DNA from: a virus
Virus record (IMG/VR): IMGVR_UViG_3300021962_000027
DNA length: 64,000 nucleotides
Strand: one strand, 5' to 3'
Below, in pieces: positions 42,925 through 51,288 of this stretch. Both the position numbers and the translations under genes were made by a program. The first letter of the stretch is position 1, and the number at the start of each line of letters is the position of its first letter. The notes under the pieces are model-generated. The model searched no databases, was not told the DNA's origin, and saw only the letters and a list, made by a program, of their open reading frames with translations.

Positions 42925-43134
42925 ATGGAAATACTAATTAGTATATTAGACAAGCTATTATATGTGGCTTTATTCATGTCAATGTTATTTATCATAAGAC
43001 ACGCATTCTTATTCTTTAGGAATCTTATGGATATGGAACCTAAACGTTATTCCCTCACAAGAAGGGAATTAGTTTACCTGGGTTTATCGATTGCGTACAT
43101 TATAAATTGTGTTATAAACGGTATTAATATATGA
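42925..43134 (+). CDS. Small two-TM membrane protein
   Basis: Two hydrophobic helices; ATGA overlap with the next gene. Confidence 0.6.
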   Translation: MEILISILDKLLYVALFMSMLFIIRHAFLFFRNLMDMEPKRYSLTRRELVYLGLSIAYIINCVINGINI

Positions 43135-43718
43135 GAGTAGACGAAATGTTTAAAAAATACCCTGATAATCTAATTGGTTTTAGAATTGGTGGGGATGTTA
43201 GAATTATTGATTTTTGGTTAGATAAAGAATGGTCCATTCTTGATGAACATGTTCCAGAAGAAGTTCAATTAAAAAAACAAAAGGTTTCAGAAGAAACTGG
43301 TGATATCTACTATATCATGTTTACAAATCTATATAGTTTTGAGGAATTATATACAATATTGACAACGATTATTGAATATAATCTAGACCTACAAAGAAAA
43401 CAAGAATTATTCACCGAAAAAATGACAGAATTAAAAGGTCTTTTTGGTAAGTTAAGTTATGATGAATTAAGACAAATCTCATTCGATAACCCGTTGTCGT
43501 TAACATCACCTAAAAAAAGTAAGGTTAAAAAGAATGAACCAGTGGTTGAACAGGTATCTGAATTAGAACCAGTTGAGGAAATCACAACTGAAATCACAAC
43601 TGAAATCACAACAGAGGAAAAACCAACACCAAATAAAATAATGGATGAACCTATTGGTGAGATAAAAGAGATAAAAATGTCAGACCTTGGGCCGATAGCG
43701 GAATTAGACGAAGAATAA
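43131..43718 (+). CDS. Hypothetical protein
   Basis: 195 aa; coiled coil and acidic tail. Confidence 0.6.
   Translation: MRVDEMFKKYPDNLIGFRIGGDVRIIDFWLDKEWSILDEHVPEEVQLKKQKVSEETGDIYYIMFTNLYSFEELYTILTTIIEYNLDLQRKQELFTEKMTELKGLFGKLSYDELRQISFDNPLSLTSPKKSKVKKNEPVVEQVSELEPVEEITTEITTEITTEEKPTPNKIMDEPIGEIKEIKMSDLGPIAELDEE
43578..43612 (+). repeat. In-frame 12-bp tandem repeat x3 (EITT)
   Basis: GAAATCACAACT x2 + GAAATCACAAC. Confidence 0.9.
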
Positions 43719-43719
43719 C

Positions 43720-44064
43720 ATGTTAATCTTACTATACTTAATACTCGGCTGCTATGGTATAACATCAATTATCGTCCAAAGCAAATTATTTAAACCTTTT
43801 AGGGAATGGGTTGAAAATAAATCAGTTTTTTTGGGTAAACTAATCAATTGTATGCTTTGTTCTGGTTTTTGGGTTGGGTTATACACCCTCATACTTTTCA
43901 ACATATCACCCTCGTATTCTTTATTAAGCAATCACAGCTTATTACCAGAGGTTATGGTAAAGGTGATATCCGTTATTTTTGACTCAGCTTTCCTGGCCTC
44001 AATAATATACCACATAAATTTGATAGAATTATATATAGAATCAAAATTACCTAATGAGCAATAA
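43720..44064 (+). CDS. DUF1360-like membrane protein
   Basis: TM helices; F.PFRE..LGKLINCMLCSGFW (CxxC) motif. Confidence 0.65.
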   Translation: MLILLYLILGCYGITSIIVQSKLFKPFREWVENKSVFLGKLINCMLCSGFWVGLYTLILFNISPSYSLLSNHSLLPEVMVKVISVIFDSAFLASIIYHINLIELYIESKLPNEQ

Positions 44065-44638
44065 TAAAATCATAGAATTCTATAACCAATATCTAGATAG
44101 TTTCCCAATTAGGGAACCATCCGCTGTTGGTTGGACTGATCAAAATGCGCAGTATAAACGTTTTAGGGTTTTATTAGACGTGGGTGTTGTTGACGGTGAT
44201 AGGATTTTAGATTACGGATGTGGGTTGGGTCATTTAAACGCATACTTAGATTTAAATTATTTCAGGTCCATAGAATACTTTGGTATTGACATTAACCCCT
44301 ATTATATTAACATAGCCGAAAAATTATACCCTAATAAAAAGTTTATGGTTTCTGACATAGAGGATATACATATTAGCCCAGAGGTTGATTATGTTATCGG
44401 ATCTGGCGTCTTTACATATGGTATCACAATTAACGAGGTGGTTAAAAAAATTGAAATGGCTTACGAAATATCTAAACGTGGTGTCTCATTTAATTTTTTA
44501 GATGAAAGAAGTGGTTTGGATGAATTATTAACCTATAACCCAGAGGAAATAGTACAAAGACTATCACACATCAATGACATAACATTGATCGAGGGTTATT
44601 TAGGGAAAGAAGATTTTACTATTTATATAAAAAAATAA
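44054..44638 (+). CDS. Class I SAM-dependent methyltransferase
   Basis: ILDYGCGLG motif I, YFGIDI, DYVIGSGVF. Confidence 0.88.
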   Translation: MSNNKIIEFYNQYLDSFPIREPSAVGWTDQNAQYKRFRVLLDVGVVDGDRILDYGCGLGHLNAYLDLNYFRSIEYFGIDINPYYINIAEKLYPNKKFMVSDIEDIHISPEVDYVIGSGVFTYGITINEVVKKIEMAYEISKRGVSFNFLDERSGLDELLTYNPEEIVQRLSHINDITLIEGYLGKEDFTIYIKK

Positions 44639-44640
44639 AT

Positions 44641-44844
44641 ATGGATGATAGAGCATATAGAAGTTTTGAGAAAGAAATTAATAAAGATATTTCTGACATA
44701 GAAAAACATAAAACTAATTACGCCAAACAAGTTAGAAATGGTTTGGGTAAACATATAAACGATTTTAATAGTTATATTAAAAAGGAACCCACCAGATGGA
44801 TGCGGTTTAAAAATTTTATATCAAAGATATTTAGATATATATGA
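44641..44844 (+). CDS. Hypothetical protein
   Basis: 67 aa; TATTTATA at 44620. Confidence 0.55.
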   Translation: MDDRAYRSFEKEINKDISDIEKHKTNYAKQVRNGLGKHINDFNSYIKKEPTRWMRFKNFISKIFRYI

Positions 44845-45059
44845 AACTAGAAAAAGTAAATGAAATTGCTAAAACAATAAGTCTCGGGTCAAAAGATAAC
44901 TCAAGCACTGAAGTTATTTTTACAATGGATAAACATGAACATGAAACTTTACAACAGGAAGTTTATAAATTCATTAGTAAAACCATTCATGGTTATTCCT
45001 CTAAAAAGTCATTTGAAGTTATAATCAACGATATACGCTTTATTTTTAAGTGTAAATAA
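44841..45059 (+). CDS. Hypothetical protein
   Basis: 72 aa, ATGA overlap. Confidence 0.55.
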   Translation: MKLEKVNEIAKTISLGSKDNSSTEVIFTMDKHEHETLQQEVYKFISKTIHGYSSKKSFEVIINDIRFIFKCK

Positions 45060-45698
45060 TCATCTTGTAGACACTCTAGACATCCATTCTCTAGATATAC
45101 CATAATTAGCCTCTAAAGTATCGTAAATGGGCTTAATGGTATCAATTGTGGGGTCATTAAAGAATATGAAGTTCGTTAATCCGTTGGCGTATGTAAATTC
45201 TTTAATGGTTTCATTTAATCTTTGAGAATCGTCTCTATTTTTTAACACAAAAACATCCAGATCCTCATTCTCAAAATACTGCACAACCAATTTATTATTA
45301 ATAGATAAGATAACCCTGGTGTTACCATCATTAACTAGGAAATTTTTAACTAATGTTTTAAAGGTGTGTTTGGTATCGGTATTTTTATGTTTAAAAATTT
45401 CTTCGATACAATAAGGTGTGATCTTTTTAATAACAAAATCACCTTTTGGTACAACTTTAACCAGTGCACCTAAATCATTTCTAAAATATGTTATGGATGT
45501 ACCAGTTTTAGGTCCTGTTAGAACCACTTCATAATCAGTTTCGTTCCCCAACCAATTATAGTTTTTAGGAAAATAACACTTATTATTTTTTACAATTTGA
45601 TTATATATTTTAAGGGCGTTACTATAGCTATCGGCTGTATCAAGCACATTGATACGTTTTCCGTTATTATATAATAATATTTTATATGGTAAACCCAT
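45060..45698 (-). CDS. Hypothetical protein
   Basis: 212 aa; only long ORF in the interval, abuts the convergent gene. Confidence 0.7.
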   Translation of the reverse strand: MGLPYKILLYNNGKRINVLDTADSYSNALKIYNQIVKNNKCYFPKNYNWLGNETDYEVVLTGPKTGTSITYFRNDLGALVKVVPKGDFVIKKITPYCIEEIFKHKNTDTKHTFKTLVKNFLVNDGNTRVILSINNKLVVQYFENEDLDVFVLKNRDDSQRLNETIKEFTYANGLTNFIFFNDPTIDTIKPIYDTLEANYGISREWMSRVSTR

Positions 45699-45732
45699 TA
45701 TATTAATATAAGTAAACGAAGTTAAAAGTAAA

Positions 45733-45760
45733 TAAAAAGCCCCACTTAAGAGGCTTTTTA
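45733..45760 (-). terminator. Probable (bidirectional) terminator
   Basis: TAAAAAGCC-N10-GGCTTTTTA just downstream of the minus-strand gene 45768-46199. Confidence 0.65.
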
Positions 45761-45767
45761 TAAAATA

Positions 45768-46199
45768 TTAATGAACAATCCCGAATTCTTTTATCAGTTC
45801 GAAAATAACTTTTTGAGTCTTGTCGTAATGAGCGTAAATTCTATTTTTAATATTTTCGTTTTCTTCTTTAGCTGCGATTTTACTTAAAATAGACTTAGCT
45901 TCCTCTAATTTATCAAGATATTCTAATAATTCAGGTGCACCTTTCATATCCTCTACATTAACTGTATCGTCAACAGGGGTTTCATCACCTGGTTCATCCA
46001 TTTTCATAGCATCCATATCAGATTGAGTTGGATATTCTATTTTTTTATCTTCCTCATCACCCAAATGCTTACCTAACATAGATTCTATGTCTTCTTTGGT
46101 TACAGTATTCGCCTTTTCATCACCTTGTCTCATTTTCATGATTTCAGATTCGGTTAACATTTTTATTTGTTTTTCTGTAAAAATTACTTTTTTTGCCAT
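45768..46199 (-). CDS. Hypothetical acidic protein (putative head-internal; FTEKQ/LTE motif)
   Basis: MAKKVIFTEKQIKMLTESE start; TATTTATT on the minus strand at 46258-46251. Confidence 0.65.
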   Translation of the reverse strand: MAKKVIFTEKQIKMLTESEIMKMRQGDEKANTVTKEDIESMLGKHLGDEEDKKIEYPTQSDMDAMKMDEPGDETPVDDTVNVEDMKGAPELLEYLDKLEEAKSILSKIAAKEENENIKNRIYAHYDKTQKVIFELIKEFGIVH

Positions 46200-46277
46200 A
46201 GTTCGATATATTTATTATTGAAGTCTTTTTTATTATACTCTTCAAGTAATAATAAATAGTCATAAAAATTAAAAAAG

Positions 46278-46634
46278 ATGAGAGACTTCACAATTAAATT
46301 AGCTACAATGGATAATCTATTCATTTGTAAATTCGGTGTAAGTGATTACATAAATCAACAGTTTAAAATTTATTATATTTCCCCAGATGGTGACCACCAG
46401 TATTTAAGTATTGATAATATACAAAATACGGATCATCAGCACGATTGTTATATCGGTACACTCTATATGGACGGTAAAACAAATCAAATATTTGAAGATA
46501 CTCATCAAGAAACATTTACCATAAACAGAAAGGATTACAAAGATTTTGTGGGATATTTAAATATTTTAGAAGCTTGGGACAGGTCTAATATAGGTGATAT
46601 TGAAAAAAATTATGGTAAAAATTTGGTTCTTTAA
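46278..46634 (+). CDS. Hypothetical protein
   Basis: 118-aa ORF. Confidence 0.55.
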   Translation: MRDFTIKLATMDNLFICKFGVSDYINQQFKIYYISPDGDHQYLSIDNIQNTDHQHDCYIGTLYMDGKTNQIFEDTHQETFTINRKDYKDFVGYLNILEAWDRSNIGDIEKNYGKNLVL

Positions 46635-46653
46635 CATTTTAGCGCTAATATTG
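46622..46653 (+). promoter_or_regulatory. Bacteroidota-type promoter (variant)
   Basis: TTTG-N20-TAATATTG. Confidence 0.55.
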
Positions 46654-46657
46654 CAAA

Positions 46658-46963
46658 ATGAAAGAAATAAATAACTACGTAAAAACAATTCTAAACCTTT
46701 TAGATGAGGAAGATTTTTTTAATAAAGCTGGTATATTCATGGATAGGAAAATCCTGAAAAATTTTTTAACTGAAACTGTAACTAAAAATTACGAAGAAAC
46801 TGGTTCTTGTCTCTTAATGAAGGGTCAGTTAGAAGATATAATCGATAAAACCAATAGATGTATCATATCTGAAACTTTCGAAGATCTATTAAAAGACGAC
46901 TTAATTGAAGTGGTTAGTATGAACGAAGATGGTGAATTTTTGTACGGGCCGAAAAAAAAATAA
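46658..46963 (+). CDS. Hypothetical protein
   Basis: 101-aa ORF with its own promoter. Confidence 0.6.
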   Translation: MKEINNYVKTILNLLDEEDFFNKAGIFMDRKILKNFLTETVTKNYEETGSCLLMKGQLEDIIDKTNRCIISETFEDLLKDDLIEVVSMNEDGEFLYGPKKK

Positions 46964-46981
46964 AAAAAAAAATAAGAAAAG

Positions 46982-47013
46982 TTTGGTTTTTCATAATTAT
47001 ATTACTATATTTG
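46982..47013 (+). promoter_or_regulatory. Bacteroidota primary-sigma promoter
   Basis: TTTG-N20-TATATTTG, perfect consensus. Confidence 0.82.
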
Positions 47014-47038
47014 TATCAGATTTAAAATAATAAACAAT

Positions 47039-48436
47039 ATGACACGTTTAGTTGACGCTTTAAGAACAGAAAATACTACCACTGAAAATGGTATGGTAAC
47101 CAACTCATCATCTTTGAATGCATGTGTGGACTTATTCTTCATGATAGGTGCTATGCGTGGTCAAGATGTTAGTAGATTGACTACTAAATTTAGCAAGGCT
47201 TTCAACGAAAGTCCTGTCACCGCTTTGAGAATTCTTTTCTGGGCTAGAGATGCACGTTCTGGTGCTGGTGAGAGAAAAATCTTTAGAGATATCCTTAAAT
47301 ATCTTGCTGAGAATCATTCAGAGTCTTTGGCAAAGAATATTCAGTATATCCCTGAGTTCGGTCGTTGGGATGATATGTTGTCATTGTTTGGTACTTCTTT
47401 GGAAGGGCAAGCTAAAGGACATATTGAAGTTGCTTTAAACAACAACGATGGTCTTTGCGCTAAATGGATGCCAAGAAAAGGTAAGCAAGCAATTGCTTTG
47501 GAAAAACATCTTGGATTATCCCCAAAAGAATACCGTAAATCTTTGGTAGAAAAAACCAAAGTTGTTGAGCAGTTGATGTGTGCTGGTCAGTGGTCACAAA
47601 TCACTTACAACCACGTACCATCTTTGGCTATGTCAAGATACACTAAAGCGTTTGTTAAAAACGATAGCGTTAGATTTGATGAGTTCAAGAATACCGCAAA
47701 AACAATCAAGGCTGGTGCTTTGTATCCATATGACGTGTTAAAGTCATTAAAATTTGGTGGTGACAAAGTTGTTGGTGTTAAGCAGTGGGAATCACTTCCA
47801 AACTATTTAACAAACACTGAAGAAAGAATTTTACCAGTATGTGACGTATCTGGTTCAATGTGCACACCAGCAGGTAAAAACGCAAATCTTTCTTGTATGG
47901 ATGTGTGTGTTTCTTTGGGATTATACATCTCTGAAAGAAATGTTGGTCCGTTTAAGGATGCTTTTATCACATTCTCCTCAACACCAAAGTTGCAATATTT
48001 AAACGGTGATATTGTTTCTAGAATGGAACAATTGGAGCATGCTGAATGGGGTATGAGTACAGATCTTGAGGCAACTTTCAGAATGCTCTTGGACCAAGCT
48101 GTTAAACACTCAGTTCCAAAAGAAGAAATGCCAACAACTATCTTGATTATGTCAGATATGGAATTCAATCAAGCCGCTCGTTCAAATGAAACGGCTATGA
48201 AAATGATTGAGCGTCATTATAATGAAGCTGGATACACAATCCCAAAAATTGTGTTCTGGAATATTCAAAGCAGACATGATAACGTACCAGTTAGCTTTGG
48301 TAAACATGGTGCCGCATTGGTGAGCGGATTCTCTCCAGCGATCTTAAAATCGCTTTTAGCGGGGGATGACTTCACACCAGTTGCTATCATGAACAAAACA
48401 GTGAATAGCGAACGTTATGCTTGCATAACAGCTTAA
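47039..48436 (+). CDS. DUF2828-family protein (TROVE/Ro60-like helical domain + C-terminal vWA with MIDAS)
   Basis: TENG, DLFF, ARD.R.G.GER, GRWDD, AKW.PR, VEQ.MC..W..I.Y..VPS, LYPYD, QW; vWA DVSGSM, WG.STD, SDMEF, FWN, SGFSP. Confidence 0.88.
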   Translation: MTRLVDALRTENTTTENGMVTNSSSLNACVDLFFMIGAMRGQDVSRLTTKFSKAFNESPVTALRILFWARDARSGAGERKIFRDILKYLAENHSESLAKNIQYIPEFGRWDDMLSLFGTSLEGQAKGHIEVALNNNDGLCAKWMPRKGKQAIALEKHLGLSPKEYRKSLVEKTKVVEQLMCAGQWSQITYNHVPSLAMSRYTKAFVKNDSVRFDEFKNTAKTIKAGALYPYDVLKSLKFGGDKVVGVKQWESLPNYLTNTEERILPVCDVSGSMCTPAGKNANLSCMDVCVSLGLYISERNVGPFKDAFITFSSTPKLQYLNGDIVSRMEQLEHAEWGMSTDLEATFRMLLDQAVKHSVPKEEMPTTILIMSDMEFNQAARSNETAMKMIERHYNEAGYTIPKIVFWNIQSRHDNVPVSFGKHGAALVSGFSPAILKSLLAGDDFTPVAIMNKTVNSERYACITA

Positions 48437-48442
48437 AAATAT

Positions 48443-48616
48443 TGAACGGTGGGAATACTTTCGGCAAGTTTTACAAATATACAACTATAGCCAGAAAAAA
48501 CCCCACACTAAGGTGTAAAGTGGGTACTAAACCCTTGGTCGAGAGACGCTTGGGATATGTGTTGCACTATGTTACGGAGAGCATTAAAATCCGAGACCTG
48601 ATTCCGATACCGTTCA
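48443..48616 (+). ncRNA. Putative structured ncRNA (Y-RNA-like candidate), ~174 nt
   Basis: Four nested 5'/3' pairings: TGAACGGT/ACCGTTCA, GGAAT/ATTCC, TTTCGG/CCGAGA, GTTTTA/TAAAAT; internal hairpins; about 43% GC by hand count; followed by a terminator. Confidence 0.7.
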
Positions 48617-48623
48617 TGACATT

Positions 48624-48653
48624 AAAAGGTGAGATTTTTTCTCACCTTTTTTT
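48624..48653 (+). terminator. Rho-independent terminator
   Basis: AAAAGGTGAGA-loop-TCTCACCTTTT plus T-run. Confidence 0.9.
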
Positions 48654-48681
48654 GTTTGGTAAGTTTTTTTACCTATCTTTG
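48651..48681 (+). promoter_or_regulatory. Bacteroidota primary-sigma promoter
   Basis: TTTG-N19-TATCTTTG. Confidence 0.8.
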
Positions 48682-48700
48682 CTAAAATAAAAATAATACC

Positions 48701-50407
48701 ATGGTTAATACAATTCATAGATCGATAGTAGAAAAATTTCAGGTTGATCTACCAGACGATAAACCTTTTGTTGGGTTATTTGATGAGGATGATGGTTATC
48801 GCATACCCCTTGTTTCACCAAGTAAAATAACTACTGTTGATGAGGAAACTTTCAAAAAGGCTTTAAAGGACAATAAACAATGTTGGGTACATAGAGATAC
48901 ATTTGTTGTTGAACATGATACGGTTAAGAATAAAATCATCTTCAAAAGATATGTTGTTAGAAAACACTCTGTAGAGATTAAAAAATTTAAAACATTAAAA
49001 TTAAAAACAAGTAGGGGTTACAAGAGTTTGTCAATCGACATATCAAATGGTGAATTTTCAACATACTCGATTGAAACAAGACATAAAAAAAGAATAAAAT
49101 CAATTCCCATTGTTAGAAAAAACGTTTTTACATGGCAAGCTTTAACAGTGTTTGAAGGTATTTTTGATTATGGGTTATTGGGCCCAAAAGCTATCATCGA
49201 TGGGTTAAACAAGGGTACAAAAATTTTAGGTTATGATGAAGAAATAACTAGTATGTTGTCTGATAAATTTATGAAAAAAATTTATCAGGATAGTGATAAA
49301 AAAATCCATATCTGGAATTATGCCACTATTTTTATGATGCATAACTATTTTAAAAAACTACGTGTTTCAATACCTAATATGGTTAATATTTTAAACCATG
49401 CGTATAGCTTTAGAATTGATAAAAAAAGTTATTCTGGTAAAAGTATATACGCTTATCATGCCGACTATTTTGGGACTGATGAGGAATTTATAGGTGGGCT
49501 ATTGGATTATAGGGACCAGCTAAACGCACAAATCTACCAATCAAATAAAAATAAAGAATCTAGCGAATGGTTTTTTGACACCGCAACTAGTAAAACAGCC
49601 CAAGTAAAAGAACCTTATTACTGTATTAATGAAGAGGGTGTTACGATATTATACAAACTTGGTTACACTTTGTCTGAGATTAAATCAAGTACGATACTTC
49701 TTAATATGGTTTACGCTCGTGATTCTAATTTAGCTTTTTATAAAAACCCTTTGGAATTACCTGTTGATGTGTTGGTTGAAAATAAAGAATTTTTTAGATC
49801 AATACTCAAAGACTCAACTATTCAAACCATCATTAACACCATAAAAATAATTCATTGTTTACGTAGTTTATATGGTATAAGTATATCAGCTAGTACGGTG
49901 TATTCAATATCACTTGATGACTTGATGAAGTCTTTAAACACCGCTGTTGAGGAAACGGGGTTATATGTCGTATCAAAAGGGTTTCTAAACCGATTAAAAA
50001 AACAGTTACCTAAAAACGCTAGATGTTCGGTCACAAAACACATAAATAAAAAAATAACACCCGATACCTCAGTATTCCCACTTTTAAAAAATCATGCGGA
50101 TAATGTATGTGCTACTATAGATATTTCCTATAGATCAGAAGGAATGAGGCTTATGGTTTATGAGGATTACATTAACCATCGAATTTATGGGCAAAAAATA
50201 TTATTAGATTTTACCGTGTCAAAAGACTGTGTGTTGAATAAAGCTTTCGCTAAATTCAACAAAAACTATAATAAAAATAAGAATAAGTTTAGATACGCTG
50301 GTTTAAAAGCCCGCTATTCAAAAAAAAGATTTGAACAACTACTCCAAGAAAAACTCTCCGATAAAAGTTTCAAATATTTCATGGAAAACGTTGTTTATCT
50401 AACATAA
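48701..50407 (+). CDS. Hypothetical basic protein
   Basis: 568-aa K-rich ORF with its own host-type promoter. Confidence 0.7.
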   Translation: MVNTIHRSIVEKFQVDLPDDKPFVGLFDEDDGYRIPLVSPSKITTVDEETFKKALKDNKQCWVHRDTFVVEHDTVKNKIIFKRYVVRKHSVEIKKFKTLKLKTSRGYKSLSIDISNGEFSTYSIETRHKKRIKSIPIVRKNVFTWQALTVFEGIFDYGLLGPKAIIDGLNKGTKILGYDEEITSMLSDKFMKKIYQDSDKKIHIWNYATIFMMHNYFKKLRVSIPNMVNILNHAYSFRIDKKSYSGKSIYAYHADYFGTDEEFIGGLLDYRDQLNAQIYQSNKNKESSEWFFDTATSKTAQVKEPYYCINEEGVTILYKLGYTLSEIKSSTILLNMVYARDSNLAFYKNPLELPVDVLVENKEFFRSILKDSTIQTIINTIKIIHCLRSLYGISISASTVYSISLDDLMKSLNTAVEETGLYVVSKGFLNRLKKQLPKNARCSVTKHINKKITPDTSVFPLLKNHADNVCATIDISYRSEGMRLMVYEDYINHRIYGQKILLDFTVSKDCVLNKAFAKFNKNYNKNKNKFRYAGLKARYSKKRFEQLLQEKLSDKSFKYFMENVVYLT

Positions 50408-50421
50408 TATCATTACATTTG
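50390..50421 (+). promoter_or_regulatory. Bacteroidota primary-sigma promoter
   Basis: GTTG-N20-TACATTTG. Confidence 0.7.
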
Positions 50422-50441
50422 TAACAAATAAAAAATAACAT

Positions 50442-51110
50442 ATGAATTTAGGAAAAGAGTTTAATCAGTACGCTACAAAGCACATGGGGATTAAATCTGA
50501 AACACTTAGCAGATTTAACAGTTCAATAACACCTTATATCATCGAGGAGAGAGAGATGCACGTCACACAAATGGATGTGTTCTCACGCTTAATGATGGAA
50601 AGGGTTATTTTCTTAGGGACTGGTATTAATGATCAGGTGTCTAACATCATCCAGGCACAATTACTTTTCTTAGAGTCAATTGACAAAGAAGCTGGTATTC
50701 AGATTTATATTAACTCACCAGGTGGTTCAGTTTATTCTGGTTTGGGCATTTATGATACAATGCAATATATTAAACCAGAGGTATCAACGATTTGTACGGG
50801 TCTAGCCGCATCAATGGCCGCTGTATTACTTTGTGCTGGTGCCGAAGGTAAACGTTACGCATTACCACACTCAAGAGTAATGATTCACCAACCATTAGGT
50901 GGTGCTGAAGGCCAAGCAACCGACATCGAGATCACGGCAAGAGAGATTGGTAAGTTAAAGAAAGAGTTGTACGATATCATTTCTCACCACACTGGTCAGA
51001 CTTATGATAAGGTGTACGCTGATTCAGAAAGAGATTACTGGATGAAAGCTGATGAAGCCAAGGAATACGGGATGATCGATTCGGTCATGAATCGAAAACC
51101 TAAAAAATAA
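50442..51110 (+). CDS. clpP: ATP-dependent Clp protease proteolytic subunit
   Basis: DVFSRL..RVIFL, YINSPGG, GLAASM (Ser), MIHQP (His), ERDYWM.A.EA.EYG.ID. Confidence 0.96.
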   Translation: MNLGKEFNQYATKHMGIKSETLSRFNSSITPYIIEEREMHVTQMDVFSRLMMERVIFLGTGINDQVSNIIQAQLLFLESIDKEAGIQIYINSPGGSVYSGLGIYDTMQYIKPEVSTICTGLAASMAAVLLCAGAEGKRYALPHSRVMIHQPLGGAEGQATDIEITAREIGKLKKELYDIISHHTGQTYDKVYADSERDYWMKADEAKEYGMIDSVMNRKPKK

Positions 51111-51130
51111 AAAAAGTAAAAAATAAAACT

Positions 51131-51165
51131 AAAAAAAGGTCATCTTCGGGTGACCTTTTTTTTTT
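51131..51165 (+). terminator. Rho-independent terminator with cUUCGg loop
   Basis: AAAAAAAGGTCATC-TTCG-GGTGACCTTTTTTT. Confidence 0.92.
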
Positions 51166-51288
51166 ATCGCTTATATTTATCTTAATGGGATAAAAATACA
51201 TGGACGCCCAACCTTTTATTGAATACGAAACTATTTATATAAAGTTATAATAAATACCATGGAATTATCCTAAATTTTTTAGAAATAA

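Noticed and set aside
48443-48616. tRNA or tmRNA identity for the structured element
   Set aside because: No T-loop GTTC, cloverleaf or CCA end; too short for tmRNA. No tRNA genes were recognised elsewhere in the window.
48421-48690. 89-aa ORF spanning the DUF2828 downstream region
   Set aside because: It has a TTG start inside the previous gene and runs through a strong terminator and the next promoter; the region is better explained as structured RNA.
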